Assembly (NCBI GenBank): GCA_050084985.1
Contig: JBITNC010000001.1
Coordinates: 33,604,001-33,668,000 of the forward strand
Length of the DNA stretch: 64,000 nucleotides
Direction: 5' to 3'
Source: Nageia nagi
Taxonomy: Eukaryota; Plantae; Pinophyta
The notes under the pieces are model-generated. The model made no database searches, was not told where the DNA came from, and saw nothing but the letters and a program-made list of their open reading frames with translations. A program made the translations under genes and the position numbers. This document shows positions 51,793-64,000 of the stretch, in pieces. Positions within the stretch are counted from its first letter, which is position 1. Each line of letters begins with the position of its first letter.

Positions 51793-52429
51793 GAGAAAAT
51801 TAACAAAATACCCTTGTAAGTTCATGAAATTATCAAAATACCTTTTAATCTTTAAAAAATACCAAAATACCACTATAAATTCATGAAATTACCAAAATAC
51901 TTTTCAATATTCAAAAATTACCAAAATACTTCTAAAATTTAAGAATTAAAAAATAAAAAATATTTTAACTCTTATGAAAAATAAATAAATGATTGCAATA
52001 TTTCATTTTATTTATTTATTATTTAAAAAATTGAATACTTTTGTTTGTTGTAATAAAAATTCTTTACAAAATTCATATTTACATACCAATTGAATTTAAA
52101 AGACCATCATATCATATTAACATATATTTCTTTATAGAATTATAATTTTTAAAAAATATTATATTCATTTATTATTTAAACATTAACATAACTCTTCAAT
52201 TTTTCCAATTCATATAAGAATGATATGAGGGGAGTTAAAAGGAGAGGGAAGATAAAATTTTCAAGTTGAAAAAGGGAAGTCCCAAGTTCAAAATGCCCTT
52301 CTCACATCATGTGGAATATGGTGACGTTGATGTGGAGGAGGTTGGGTGTGACTCACGAGTGATTTTGATAGAAGAGAACCTTTTAAACACATAATTTAAT
52401 TCCAAGAAATTGGCCGCATGGATGGTTTC

Positions 52430-52466
<37 letters not shown>

Positions 52467-52846
52467 ATATTTCATTTAAAAAATATTTTATGAATTTATC
52501 ATATCATTTTAATAGTATTATAATTTTTTTATGTTCTACCCACTATGATTTCATGTTTAAAAAAATTATTAAAATTTGCATTAAAAAATTAAATGAAGGG
52601 TGAAAGGTTTAAGGCATTTTTTTCATTATTTTATTTTTTATAAGAGTATTAAAATATTTTTAATTATAAATTTCAAAGGTATTTTGGTAATTTTCATGAA
52701 CTTATAAGGGGTATTTTGGTAATTTTTGAAATTGAGGAGTATTTTGGTAATTTCATGAACTTATAAGGGTATTTTGGTAATTTTGAAAAATTGAAGGGTA
52801 TTTTGGCAATTTCATGAACTTACAGGGGTATTTTGGTAAGTTTCCT
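51793..52846. mobile_element. Non-autonomous Mutator-like element (MULE/MITE, 1054 bp)
   Basis: 9-bp TSD TAAATTATA (51784-51792 and 52847-52855). ~200-bp TIRs starting GAGAAAATT, built from ~29-bp AATTACCAAAATAC subrepeats. Internal (TA)n at 52429-52470. Confidence 0.92.
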
Positions 52847-55337
52847 TAAATTATATTGCCTTAATCTTTGAAAATTTTATCATTGACATGGCAAGGAGAT
52901 AATCCACATAGACTTGTAAAAAATGATAAAACAAATCATGTAACATGTTGACCATAGCGTGTTCATGTCTTAACCCTCGACGTGCTTGTAATCAAGGGTT
53001 TACTCTCCCACATTATGTGTGTGCATGCCTTAACCCTCTATGCATGCTTGTAGTTAGGTATATGCTCACCCACATGAGGTTATCCCACTCTCCATTCCTA
53101 AGTGTTTGCTTTTGGGGATTTGCTTTCCCACCTTCATCCTAGTGTGGTGGTTGTGCTTTTATTTTAATTCCTTCAGTTTTTTTCATAAGGTAGTCAAACC
53201 TAGTGTGTTAAAAGTTTTAAGGCTCTAACCTTTGTTTTTTAGGTTTTTCTATCCTTTTAGCCTTTCCTTATTTTTTTGTGGTGCTCTCTTTTTCACCATG
53301 CAATAAACAGTTAATGAGTTAAAACAAAATGGAGATGATGACATTGAGAATGTTACGACCAAGTTGAACCATTTGGAATAAGACCTCACATTTAGAATCG
53401 AGGAACTTGTCATTGATAGAATGGATGCTATTGAGCACAAGTTCAAATCTAGAATCAATCCACTTGAACTCCTAACCTCCAATCTCTTTCTAATAGCTTG
53501 AGCTCAACAAACGTTATACACACAAGAAGGGAAAATCATGCAATTAGGAAAATGTATATGTGAGATGCATCCTAAATAGTAGGTGGAAGTAGTGTTGGAA
53601 AACTCGGACTTGGGATCTGTTTGACAAGGAAATTTTTGGAGACTACTCAATAACTCAAAGAGTATTAAAAAATAACTTGGCACAAAAACTTGACAAAAAA
53701 AGCCTCGAACATTTCAAAATATGAAAAATTACAATCCACGATGAAGCTCTTCAAATTGATGGTGAACCTTCAAATCCTTCACAAATTGACTTGTAGTGCA
53801 AAATGACCAAAATAAGATAGAAGTCACCTTTGAGGGGTGGATTGTGTAAATTTCTGGCTTTTTTAACACAATTTTCTCATTAGACAGATTATTGTTAGAA
53901 ACCTATAGGTTTTCAGGCTAGTTACTCGTTGAAACTTAGTGGAAAATCGACATAGGCACTTGACAGTCTCTTGCAGTGCAAGTACTTGTGGATTCTAGCC
54001 AAAGACTCGCTAATTTTTGAATAAGGGATGGAAGACATTAAGACTCCTATCACAAGGATGAATGACATAGTCAATCAACTTGAACATTCTCAAGTCCTCC
54101 ATACTACAAAAATTCTACAACTCCTCCAAGACATGATATTCAAACTCAAAACCAAGTAATATAATATTCTTGCACAACACAAACACCTCATTTAAGAAAC
54201 CATCACTTAGAGTCTATCTAGAAATAAATAGAGGAATACAATTTATGGGTTTCAGTTGTGAAAGGAAAGAAAGATCCACTAATGGTTGAAATTGTAATGC
54301 ATGCAAAATTCAAGGAGAAAAGTTACACCGTTGTAAAGAATTCAACGTTTGAGTTTGTAGTCTCCCATAAACAATTTAACCTCAATTATCTTCCAAATCC
54401 CTTCACAAGAGGTTATAAGTTACTGTTTGGAGGTTTCAACAAACATCTTCATATTATGCTTGAAATGGATCTAGAATTTTGTTTTAATGATTTTGATGGA
54501 TTTTTAATCAATCATTAATTATCAATCTAGGATCATAGAGATTATGCTAGGGCTTATGCAATATACACCCATTTACAAAGAGATCCAGTTCTACTAAAAA
54601 ATAAAAATCCTACTCTACAAAAACAAGAAATTACAAGAAAAAATCCTCCTTTATATCTAGATAATGGGTAATGGATTCTTTCTCTTCATGGGGGGCCCTT
54701 CCTTGTTGCAGCAAGAGGAGATCGCCATCCCCATTCTAAAAGACTTAAAGAGAAATCAACACATGAATATAAAAAAATTATATTTATGAAAATGGAGTAA
54801 AACCATTCCTTCTCCATCCTCTTCCTTTCCCTAGTAAATAAGAGAGAGGATATCTAAGGTTTTAGAAATGTAATACATTTTAGAAATGTAATACATTCCC
54901 ATTATTACAACTTCATTGTTAAGATTAAAAATGCCAAAAATGGCTCTCCTAAATTAAAGGTGTTATGGATGCAATGAATAACTTCCCCCATATTCTTGGA
55001 TTCTAATTTGGCCAAGATTAACCATCGTGGTTATGGTAACTAGCAATCCATAAATACACAATAATAAAATGACAATGCATGTTGTTGAATCAATAATTGA
55101 ATCAGTGGTTGACTTTTTAGTGGGACGAATCTACAATTGATTGAATATGATGTTTTCCAAACCTGCAGTTGTAACAGTCCCATATCTGTTGCAAGCTACA
55201 AATGCTTATAAATTTAGTTCTGTGGCTTTGTTTCTTTATTGTAAGGCCTTGTTGGGAAGATCTTTTCAATGATACATCATTTATGAATTATCATTAAGGT
55301 TAAAAAATCCACTTTGAAGTTTCTTGCATTTTCTCAT

Positions 55338-55551
55338 GTAGAAAGTTTGTGTAAGCTCCTATAGAAGACTATATGTAAGAATTATGTGTATGCTTATGTA
55401 GAAGACTACATGGAGGAATTTTATGCATGCTTCTGTAGCATATTGCAAGTAGGAATTCTATGCATGCTCTTGTAGAGACCATGTGTAGGAATTATGTGCA
55501 TGCTCTTGTAGTAGATTATGTGTAAGAGTTTATGAATTGACTTGTAGAAGC
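55338..55551 (+). repeat. ~37-bp degenerate minisatellite (TGTAGAAGACTATATGTAGGAATTATGTGCATGCTCT) x5-6
   Basis: Direct observation of periodic TGTAG...GAATT...TGCATGCT. Confidence 0.8.
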
Positions 55552-56699
55552 TCCCATAAAACTTTCACAAACTACAAAGTACTATTATAGGACCTTAGAC
55601 TTATCTATAACCCTTATGCTTTTATTTGAGAATTAATTAGGTCCTCAAAAGTAATTCTTGAGCCCTTTAATTACTCCTTTATTCACTATGTGCATAACAT
55701 CAATAATTTAAGTAAATATCATAATATGTACTCCTAATATTTCCAATGATTGAGTTACAAAACTCTTTAATGCTCATTAATGATGCCAAAATAGGATAAT
55801 TCTTGGACTCATCAGATTTATTTTCATTGGGTGGATATGAGTGATTGTGTTCAATTGTCCTTGGGAGTATTCTTATTATTTTTTGAATATTTGTGTATTG
55901 TTCAATGTTTTTCTTTATATGAGAAACAATAATTTAAATACTTAATTGATATATATTTACTTTTGGATAAACTTTTATACATCTTACAAACCAATGAGTT
56001 TAAGAGGAAATTAAAAGACATCTATCTATCCATCATTGGTCATGCTTTCTTGCATGAGATCTTGGGCTTGTTTGGTATTAATATTGATGAGGCTTGGACC
56101 ACTCTGTATAAGACTCTTGTTATCCACTTTTGATCAACAAGGGAACACTTATAGGCCTTGTGAGTTAAGAAAAAACTTTTTGGTCTCTAGATTAGGATCT
56201 TTCTTGATGAGGAATTTAAATGTCTACATGTAGAGAATATTAATAATAATAATTTGATATGAATATTTGTAGGTGACCAAAATGGTCAATGGGACTATAG
56301 AAAAATACATAAATAATAAGAACAATGGAGCCCCTAGTGCAATAAACAAAAGAAAATAAAAACACAACAGTTCTTGTTTAGGCATAAAGCTTATAGATCT
56401 CAATTAAAGGGTTCCATCAGTATATGAGATCGAAAAAGAGCTCTTGATGTTACAATAAGAGGAAGTAGCCCTAATGGGTTTAACAATAATACATCGATGA
56501 GTGATCCTTTCAAAATTTTTCAATGTTCACATTTCACTTTTGATTCGTATTGTTGACACTTAAAAGTTTTCCCCTTTAACATGGTTCTACTTAGGTGTAA
56601 CTTTACATACATGTTTAATCACATTTAATCATATTTTATTCATATATTATCCTTATTATCACATATTTCTAGGTTGTATTCTTATTTTTATGTTAGGTA

Positions 56700-59600
56700 T
56701 GTTAGAATTTGTAATGTAATATTGTGCAATATTTCTCTTTAATATAAATTCACTTAATGCTTAAAGTATCTTTATATACCTTAAAAATTAAGGAAATAAA
56801 AATAGAAAAAAGATTAAAAATATGAAAGGGGATTAAATATAGAAATATATTTAACCTTACTCTTGGTTTAAAGGAAGATTAAAGAGTGGATTTCTTTTTA
56901 TAAATAGAGAGGTATCCTCTATCTCATGTGACATAATTTTGGAAGCAAGCTTTGCTATAGGTTTAGAGTTTGGAGAGAGAGGAGAGATTTTGTAAAAGAG
57001 GTCTTTGAGAATAAGAAGATCTTAGTTAGTGGATGTAATTTCGAGGAGAGAGGAACCACTTTATATATTATATTCATTATGAGATTGGTTTGTGTTATTG
57101 TGCTATTGTGTTGATGTTGTGAGTGTCTTCTTGAGATCTTGGTAGATTAGAAGTTAATTAAAAAGGATTAATTTCTTCAAGTGGTATTAGAGCCATTATT
57201 TGAGGCTCCTCTTCATCAACTTTGAAGGTCCATTCCTCTTCTTTCCCATCTACTTTGTTGAGGTAAAAGGTCTTGAAGGTATAATCTTCCTCCTACCACT
57301 TTTTTTGTCAAATTTTGCTTATATTACTAACCATTTTGGTTATTTGATTATAAAGTTTTTTTTAGTAAAATTTGTTCAAAATAGATAATATATCATTGTT
57401 ATTTTGTTATACTAACATGTTAGTTCAATTTTTAGGCTATTTCTCTGCATTATTTTTTACTAACAATAGTTTGTTAGTTGCAATTTTTTTAGTAAAATGC
57501 TTAATATGTAGAAATTATATGTCAATTGTAAATTTTGAGTAAATTTGCTTAAATATAGCAATAATATGTTATTATAGCTTAAATTTACAAGTTTCTACTT
57601 AGTGTAGATATGGTTAAAAGTATTGCAAATTTTTTTACAATACTAATATGTTTGTAATTAATGTAGATATGGTTAAAAGTATTGCAATTTTTTGACTAAA
57701 ATGCTATTATTGTAATTTTTTTTATAATACTAATATGTTTGTAAAAATAAAATTGCATGCATTTTCTAGAGAGATTTATATTACATGCATGCATTAAAAA
57801 AAATAAAAATGCATGCATGCATTTTTTAGAGAGCTTTATATTACATGCATGCATTTTTAAAAAATAAAAAATACATGCATACATTTTTTAGAGAGCTTTA
57901 TATTACATGCATGCACATATATATATAGTTCATTTAAAAAAAAAGTATGAGCTAAAGGTTGCATTAATTACCATTTAAAGTCTAAAATTTTTTAGGTTAA
58001 GTTTTTTTAATTCATTATGGGCAATTTTTTAAGGTTAATATTTCTTTATTATTATTTTACCTTAGTGCAAATTATAATGAGGGACTTTATTAATCATATA
58101 TTTAAAATAAAAAAAGGGAAAAGTATAATAGCAATGAATTCAATGATTATTGTACCAAGTATGGAATCAAGAGGTAGTTTACGATCCTTTACACTCCTTA
58201 GTAGAATGGTGTAACCAAAAGAAAAAATAAGACCATTCAAGAAATGATAAGATGTATGTTGGGATACCTTCCTAGCTTCTAATGGAGTGAAGATGTAAAT
58301 ACTACGATCTACATCTTAAATAGATGTGTTATGAAAGCAGCTGAAGGTAAAACTTCATATGAGGCATGGATAGGAAAGAAACCTAACATCTCTTACTTCA
58401 GATTTTTTGGCTATGATGCTTATGCCTTTGTTGTTCCTTAGAAAAGGAAAAAGCTAGATAAGAGATCTAAAAAATGTATCTTTTTGGGCTCTAAAAATCA
58501 ACACAGAGGTTGTCAGCTATACCAACCTTCCTCTAGATATGTCTAGGAATGTAAAGTTCAATGAACTACTTGAAGAATCTATTTCTTATAAGAACTTGAT
58601 GAGAGTGATGATTCCTTTATTACACCTAACTGGATGGATGTCAGTGTGGATATGTCACCTAAGGAACATAATCAACACAAAGGATAACAAGAAGTATGAT
58701 CCTTAATAAATCCTTTTTTTTTTTTTAAAAATTGATAGTAAGAATCAACCCTCATCCTTCAAGGAAGCTTCAAAGCACAAGTGTTGGATGAATGCAATGA
58801 ATGTGGAGTATGAGGATCTAATGGAGAATCAAACTTGGGTTTTGATTTCTTATCCCTATGAACAAAATATGATTGGTAATAAATGGATTTACAAGATCAA
58901 ATACAATTCAATTGGTGAAATTGAAAAATACAAAGCAAGGTAGTAGCTAAGGGTTTCGCTTAAAAATACAAAATTTATTATGAGGAAACCTTTACTTTAA
59001 TGGAAAATATGCCTACTATCAAAGTAATCCTTACTCTTTTAGCAGCTCATAGATGAAATTTTTTTAACTTGATGTCAAGAGTGCTTTTCTCAATGGTGAC
59101 TTAGATGTGGAAATATACATGAGCCAACTAGAAGGGTTTATTATGGAAGGTAAATAATCTTTTGTTTACAAATTAAAGAATTCCTTATATGGACTTAAGC
59201 AAGCACCTCAGACCTAGTATAAAAATATTTCAAGATTCTTTAAGAACATTGAATTTTCTAAATGCTTCTTTGACATAGATCTTTATGTGCTCAACCAAAG
59301 ATGAGATTTGATCTTGATTCTTCTCTATGTGGATTATTTTGATTATTATTTATGTGGATGATCTGTTAATTACAAGAAATAATATAGTCCTCATACAAGA
59401 GTGCATATCCAAACTCAAGGCAACTTTTGAAATGACAGACCTTGGTCTATTGCACTACTACCTTAGTATGCAAGTGTACCAATACAAGGATTGTACTTAT
59501 CTTAGTCAATCTAATTCTATATCAGATATCTTGCAAAATTTAGAATGAAAGAATGCAAACCTATGTAATCCTAATTTCTCATGGAATCATTTTGTCTCTT

Positions 59601-61808
59601 AGTTGGATGATGCTATGACTTATAGGAAACTAATTGGTAGTCTTCTTTATTTAACTATCTATAGGCCAACTATTACCTTTGCATGAATTTGATGGATCAC
59701 TTTATACAAACATTATATGTTGAGTACCTCAATGCAGTTAAGCAAATTTTAAGGTATGTTATGGGCACTAAGGATCTTGCTCTCAAGTATGACAAGTTTC
59801 CATCATTTATTCTCTCAAGATTCTTAAATTTTAACTATGAAGGAGATAGATATGAAAAAAATCAACCTTTGCTTATGTGTTTAGCATTAATTTAGGTGCT
59901 ATCTCTTAGGCTTTCAAGAACCAACCTACTACTTCTCTCTCCACCATAGAGGTTGAATATTATGCAATGTCAATTGCAACCCAAGAAGCCATTTGGTTGA
60001 GATATCTTCTAAAAGAAATTAGGTATGAGTAAATTTTTCCATTTCAAATTTCTTTAGATAATCAATTAACTATTACTTTAGCAAAAAATCCTATTTTTTA
60101 TTAAAAAAGCAAAGCATATAGAAATCCAAGCCCACTTCATCAGAGAGAAGGTTCTGGATGGTCTTCTATACTTGTAGTATTGTCCATCAATTATAAATTC
60201 TATTGATTTGTTCACCAAGCCCTCTTTGAATCCCAGTTCTCCAAGATTACAGATTCTATTGGGTTGGTGAATTGCCTTAAAAATGGACTAAATGTTGAAT
60301 TATTGTTGAATCCATTGTGACCTCTTCCTTCTTAATAAAGTTGTTGGGCACTTTATTTTTTATTTTTATTTGTATACCTTACTTATACATTATTTTTTGG
60401 TGATTATAAGTAATGGATTGAGATCTTAGTGATACCTTATAGTGCACCATAAATCCAAGCATATTATATTAGGGAGAAAGTTCTTGATGGCACAACTGCA
60501 TCTCTATTCATCTAACTTTGACTCCTAATTTATTCACTTGATCGCTTTAGAAACTTTGCTGTGCACTTTGAAAGTTTCTTATGGTCAGTGAAGTTGTCCT
60601 TAAGTGAGAGTGAAGTTTTAATTCTTATGTTGAATTCATGTTTTGATGACAACTTCATCTCTAAGAGGATATTTTGCTTATAAGTTGATTTTAAATGTAC
60701 ACCTTCGTGGTCAGTTCACTCTATATGAGGAACTCATGGTACATTTTGGTTTCTATTATCATTATGTGAGGAATTGGTATGTGTTTGTTTGTATTGTTTA
60801 GCTATCCATATATGAGTAATTCATATGTGCATATGCTCTTTTTATTGTTGATCAACACATATTTTCTAATATACAACAGATGATTATGATCATTGGCTTG
60901 GCATCTTCGTGATGAATTATAATGCATCATTGATTACTTTATGGATGGTATTACTTAGTTCATTTATCTTATATTGATATAAATATTTTATATAATGCAT
61001 TAATTTATCTTATTTATGAGTTGCTTATAGCTTGCAAGTTTCATCTTGAGAATGCAAGTTACTTACTTCAGGTGGATAGGCTCATGGAGGATCATATGTC
61101 AACTTAGTGTTGATCAACTACTCTTTACAATGAAATGAGTTATGGTTAATATTTGTATTGTAAACCATTTTATCAAATGGTATTGTAGCAAGTCTCAAAC
61201 TAAGATCTTGCTTATTTCTCAAAGATGTAAAAGTTCTCATCTCCACTTGTATCTTTATGGAGGAGAACTTTCTCTTACTCTCTTTTTCTTATTTTCTCTA
61301 TGCTCTATCCCAATATTACATTAAAGGGAGTGCTAGAATTTGTAATGTAACTTTGTGTAATATTTCTCTTTAATGTAGATTCATTTAATGCTTAAAGTAT
61401 ATTTATATACCTTAAAGCATTAAGGAATAAAAATAAGAAAGAGATTAAAAATATGAAAGGGGATTAAATATAGAAATATATTTAACCTTACCCTTAGTTT
61501 AAAAGGAGGTTAAAGAGTGAGTTTTTTCTTATAAATAGAGAGGTACACCCTCTCTCATATGAAACAATTTTGGGAGCAATCTTTGCTATAAGTTTAGGGT
61601 TTGAAGAGAGAGGATAAATTCTTTAAGAGAGGTCCTTGAGAATAAGATCTTACTTAATGGATGTACTCCCAAGGAGGGAGAAATCATTTTATATCTTGTG
61701 TTCATTATGAAATTGATTTATGTTATTATACTATTGTGTTGATGTTGTGAGTGTCTTCTTGAGATCTTGGTAGATTAGAAGTTAATTTAGAAAGGGTTAA
61801 TTTCTTCA
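56700..61808 (+). mobile_element. Ty1/Copia LTR retrotransposon copy B (same family as copy A), internally deleted
   Basis: LTRs 56700-57179 and 61331-61808. TSD AGGTA at 56695-56699 and 61809-61813. PBS TGGTATTAGAGC at 57182-57193, PPT TAAAGGGAG at 61322-61330. IN C-half, RT (YVDDLLIT) and RNase H remnants at ~58120-60280. Confidence 0.95.
58120..60280 (+). pseudogene. Copia pol remnant (IN C-terminus, RT, RNase H) of copy B
   Basis: IYVDDLLITRNN...FEMTDLGLLHYYL and LNAVKQILRYVMGT; colinear with 6050-8195 on the minus strand. Confidence 0.9.
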
Positions 61809-62559
61809 AGGTACATTGGAATGACTTCAACCTCTATTCAAGGGGTCAAATGGTGATATCACACTTGATATAAATGTAAGTATCTATAACCTAAGGGAGA
61901 TATGTCAAGATTACATCTTGATACTTAGTACCCTACTCTTGGGTATTTCTAAACACTACTTATTGAGATTGAAATCTTGTTATCACTTAAGTAAAGATCT
62001 ATTATCTATATTTGTAATAATATGCTCAATTTGATTTGTCATCACATATGCTATCATAAATCTTATTGGAGAACCTCATATTATCAAAACATTAGCATCC
62101 TTGCCCATGCTAATGTTTGCACCCATGCTGAGCTCCTGGAGATTAGCGTATGTGTAGGTATTTCTTTTGTAGTTGACCCTTGGGTTTGCACAATAAGGTC
62201 ACCACTCTTTGATAAGTTAGTTCATCATATTATCAAATATGACATAGGTAAGGACATACAAGTATTATATTTCACTTGATTCCTTTCTTTTTAATGCATA
62301 TACTCCTTTTATGTCTTAACATCAATGTAACTCATTATTCTATTACTGCACTATTATACTTCCATTATATTCCTTTAGTAATGTATGTTTATTTAAGTAA
62401 GTAGCTTAGATAAATCATACTTAAGTTATTTAGTTCATTTAGAGTAAAAACCTAGGTGTACCAAAACACATATCAACATGTATCTTCTTGTGTGTGAAAA
62501 TAGGATATGATAAGTCTAGAATTTGATGTGTTGCAGGATCCATTAGCAATCATTTTCTT

Positions 62560-63737
62560 TCTAGGATGAGTTTCTTCTCTGATGTAAAGTGTGATGTATT
62601 TTTTATCTTCATAATTCATCCATAATTTCAAAATATGAGCAACTTTGAATAAAAAATGGAATTGACCTCAAATCTCATATATGGGACAAATGAATACAAA
62701 ATGCTTTTCAATATTTGGTTCCATATTGTACAATTTGCATATATGTTGGTATTTAAGGATATGATAGTCTATCTCGATATGAAGTTGATGTGAGCAAACC
62801 TTTATTTGGTTAAGGGGAAAATAGAAACCATGAGATACATGTAGCTTGATGTAATTAAGATTGATAAAAAACTATTTTGTGAATATGGTTTTTCCAATTC
62901 AATCCATGTTGTCTTCAGGTAAGCTATGTATATTTCCTTCTTGATCCTTTTGTTGATATCTCTAGTATAAAGACTAAAGGTCCTGTTTGGAAGTTGAGAG
63001 GGAGGTAGTTGGTTGATATCTAGACCTATCAATTCAAGATAAAGGTAGCCTTTGAGTACCAAAACAAATGAATGCCTTTACTTGCAAGTTGCATTGAAGA
63101 TTTAAGTGCTAAGAAAGGGTATCTCTTTAAGGTAGGATCTATTAAAGTTAAGTAATGGATCCTATTCAAAAGCATGATAACATCGAATATTGGAAGAGCC
63201 AATATGGGATATGCATAAAATTCAACCAAAATAATGGAATGAGAGGGAATTATTTTGGCCCTAATGGATGTTAAGAGGATATTTATCAAGATCTTCTTGT
63301 TGTGAACCCAACCACAGTGTCTCAAGCTAGGTCCTTAGACTTCACATCCATAAATTAGGGGAAAAGAGATAAGAAAGTGGGAGAGTTTAATTTTTGCCAT
63401 GACATCATAGAATCAAAGTTGAAAATATTTTATTTCGAGTGTGAAAATTGTAACATAGCCTTTATTTAATCTTTTTGGAGGTTGGGATCAAGCTAAAAGT
63501 AGGACCTACAAAGAGTACACCTAGATATGTGTAATAAGTGATCACCTTAATAGGTTGCTTTTGGAAATTTAGGTGGGTTTTGGAAGCATATTCTTTTGAG
63601 ATATTGAAGGACATAATTAAAAAAAAAACTTCAAGACCATGATTATCACAAAATGTACTCAAGGTGTCAACTTGATGTTGGTGCCTATTGTATGAGATAA
63701 CAAGATGACATCATTTGTAAAGAGAAAAATTGAGATA
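62560..63737 (-). mobile_element. Decayed non-L1 (RTEX/RTE-like) LINE ORF2 3' part
   Basis: Minus-strand motifs in order: ISIFLFTNDVILLS (degenerate FADD), IKVITYYTYLGV, LIYGCEV*GP, SHQLHIEI and ICKLYN...EKHFVFICPIYE. Confidence 0.75.
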
Positions 63738-64000
63738 TTGGAATTATGTGGAAAACATCTCACACCTAGGACCATGGTATTTGAGATCAATTATTCAAGT
63801 TCATCAATATAAAACCCAAATAGAGTAGGTGAGAGGGGACAACCTTGTTTTACACCAATGGGTGAGAATCAACCTGAACTTGGCCCACTACCTATTTATA
63901 TAATATTATGATAAGAGATAATACATATCTAAGGATTCTTAAGTTCTCAATTATCTGGAATAAGAGATATATGGGGAAATATATCAAAGGATTTATAAAA

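Noticed and set aside
52900-55300. Possible further retroelement or gag remnant
   Set aside because: TE-like texture, but I could not identify diagnostic motifs or boundaries.

Overview
AT-rich, CpG/CHG-depleted eukaryotic (plant) genomic DNA. It is most likely from a gymnosperm, which is inferred from the TE types and gene architecture. Two host genes lie on the + strand. The first is a six-exon class II acyl-CoA-binding protein (N-terminal TM helix, ACB domain, ankyrin repeats; ACBP1/2-like, 29180-43547, 404 aa as spliced by hand). The second is an intronless NATA1/SSAT-like GNAT acetyltransferase (49195-49904) whose conserved N-terminus is split from the body by a 1-nt frameshift at about 49227. 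The genes are bracketed by two oppositely oriented, decayed copies of one Ty1/Copia family, each with LTRs, PBS, PPT and its own 5-bp TSD: 3417-12748 (-) and 56700-61808 (+, internally deleted). The rest is nested Gypsy (Tat/Ogre-, Athila- and chromovirus-like) remnants, non-autonomous TIR elements (one MULE with a 9-bp TSD, one unclassified with a 4-bp TSD), and L1- and RTEX-like LINE fragments. The most notable oddities are the GNAT frameshift/overlapping upstream ORF, a young near-perfect ~390-bp hairpin inside the old Copia leader, a one-ended LTR insertion flanked by a ~270-bp duplication in ACBP intron 5, and telo-box-like repeat expansions inside both coding sequences. Coordinates and identity values were estimated by eye. 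I found no convincing wholly new multi-gene system.
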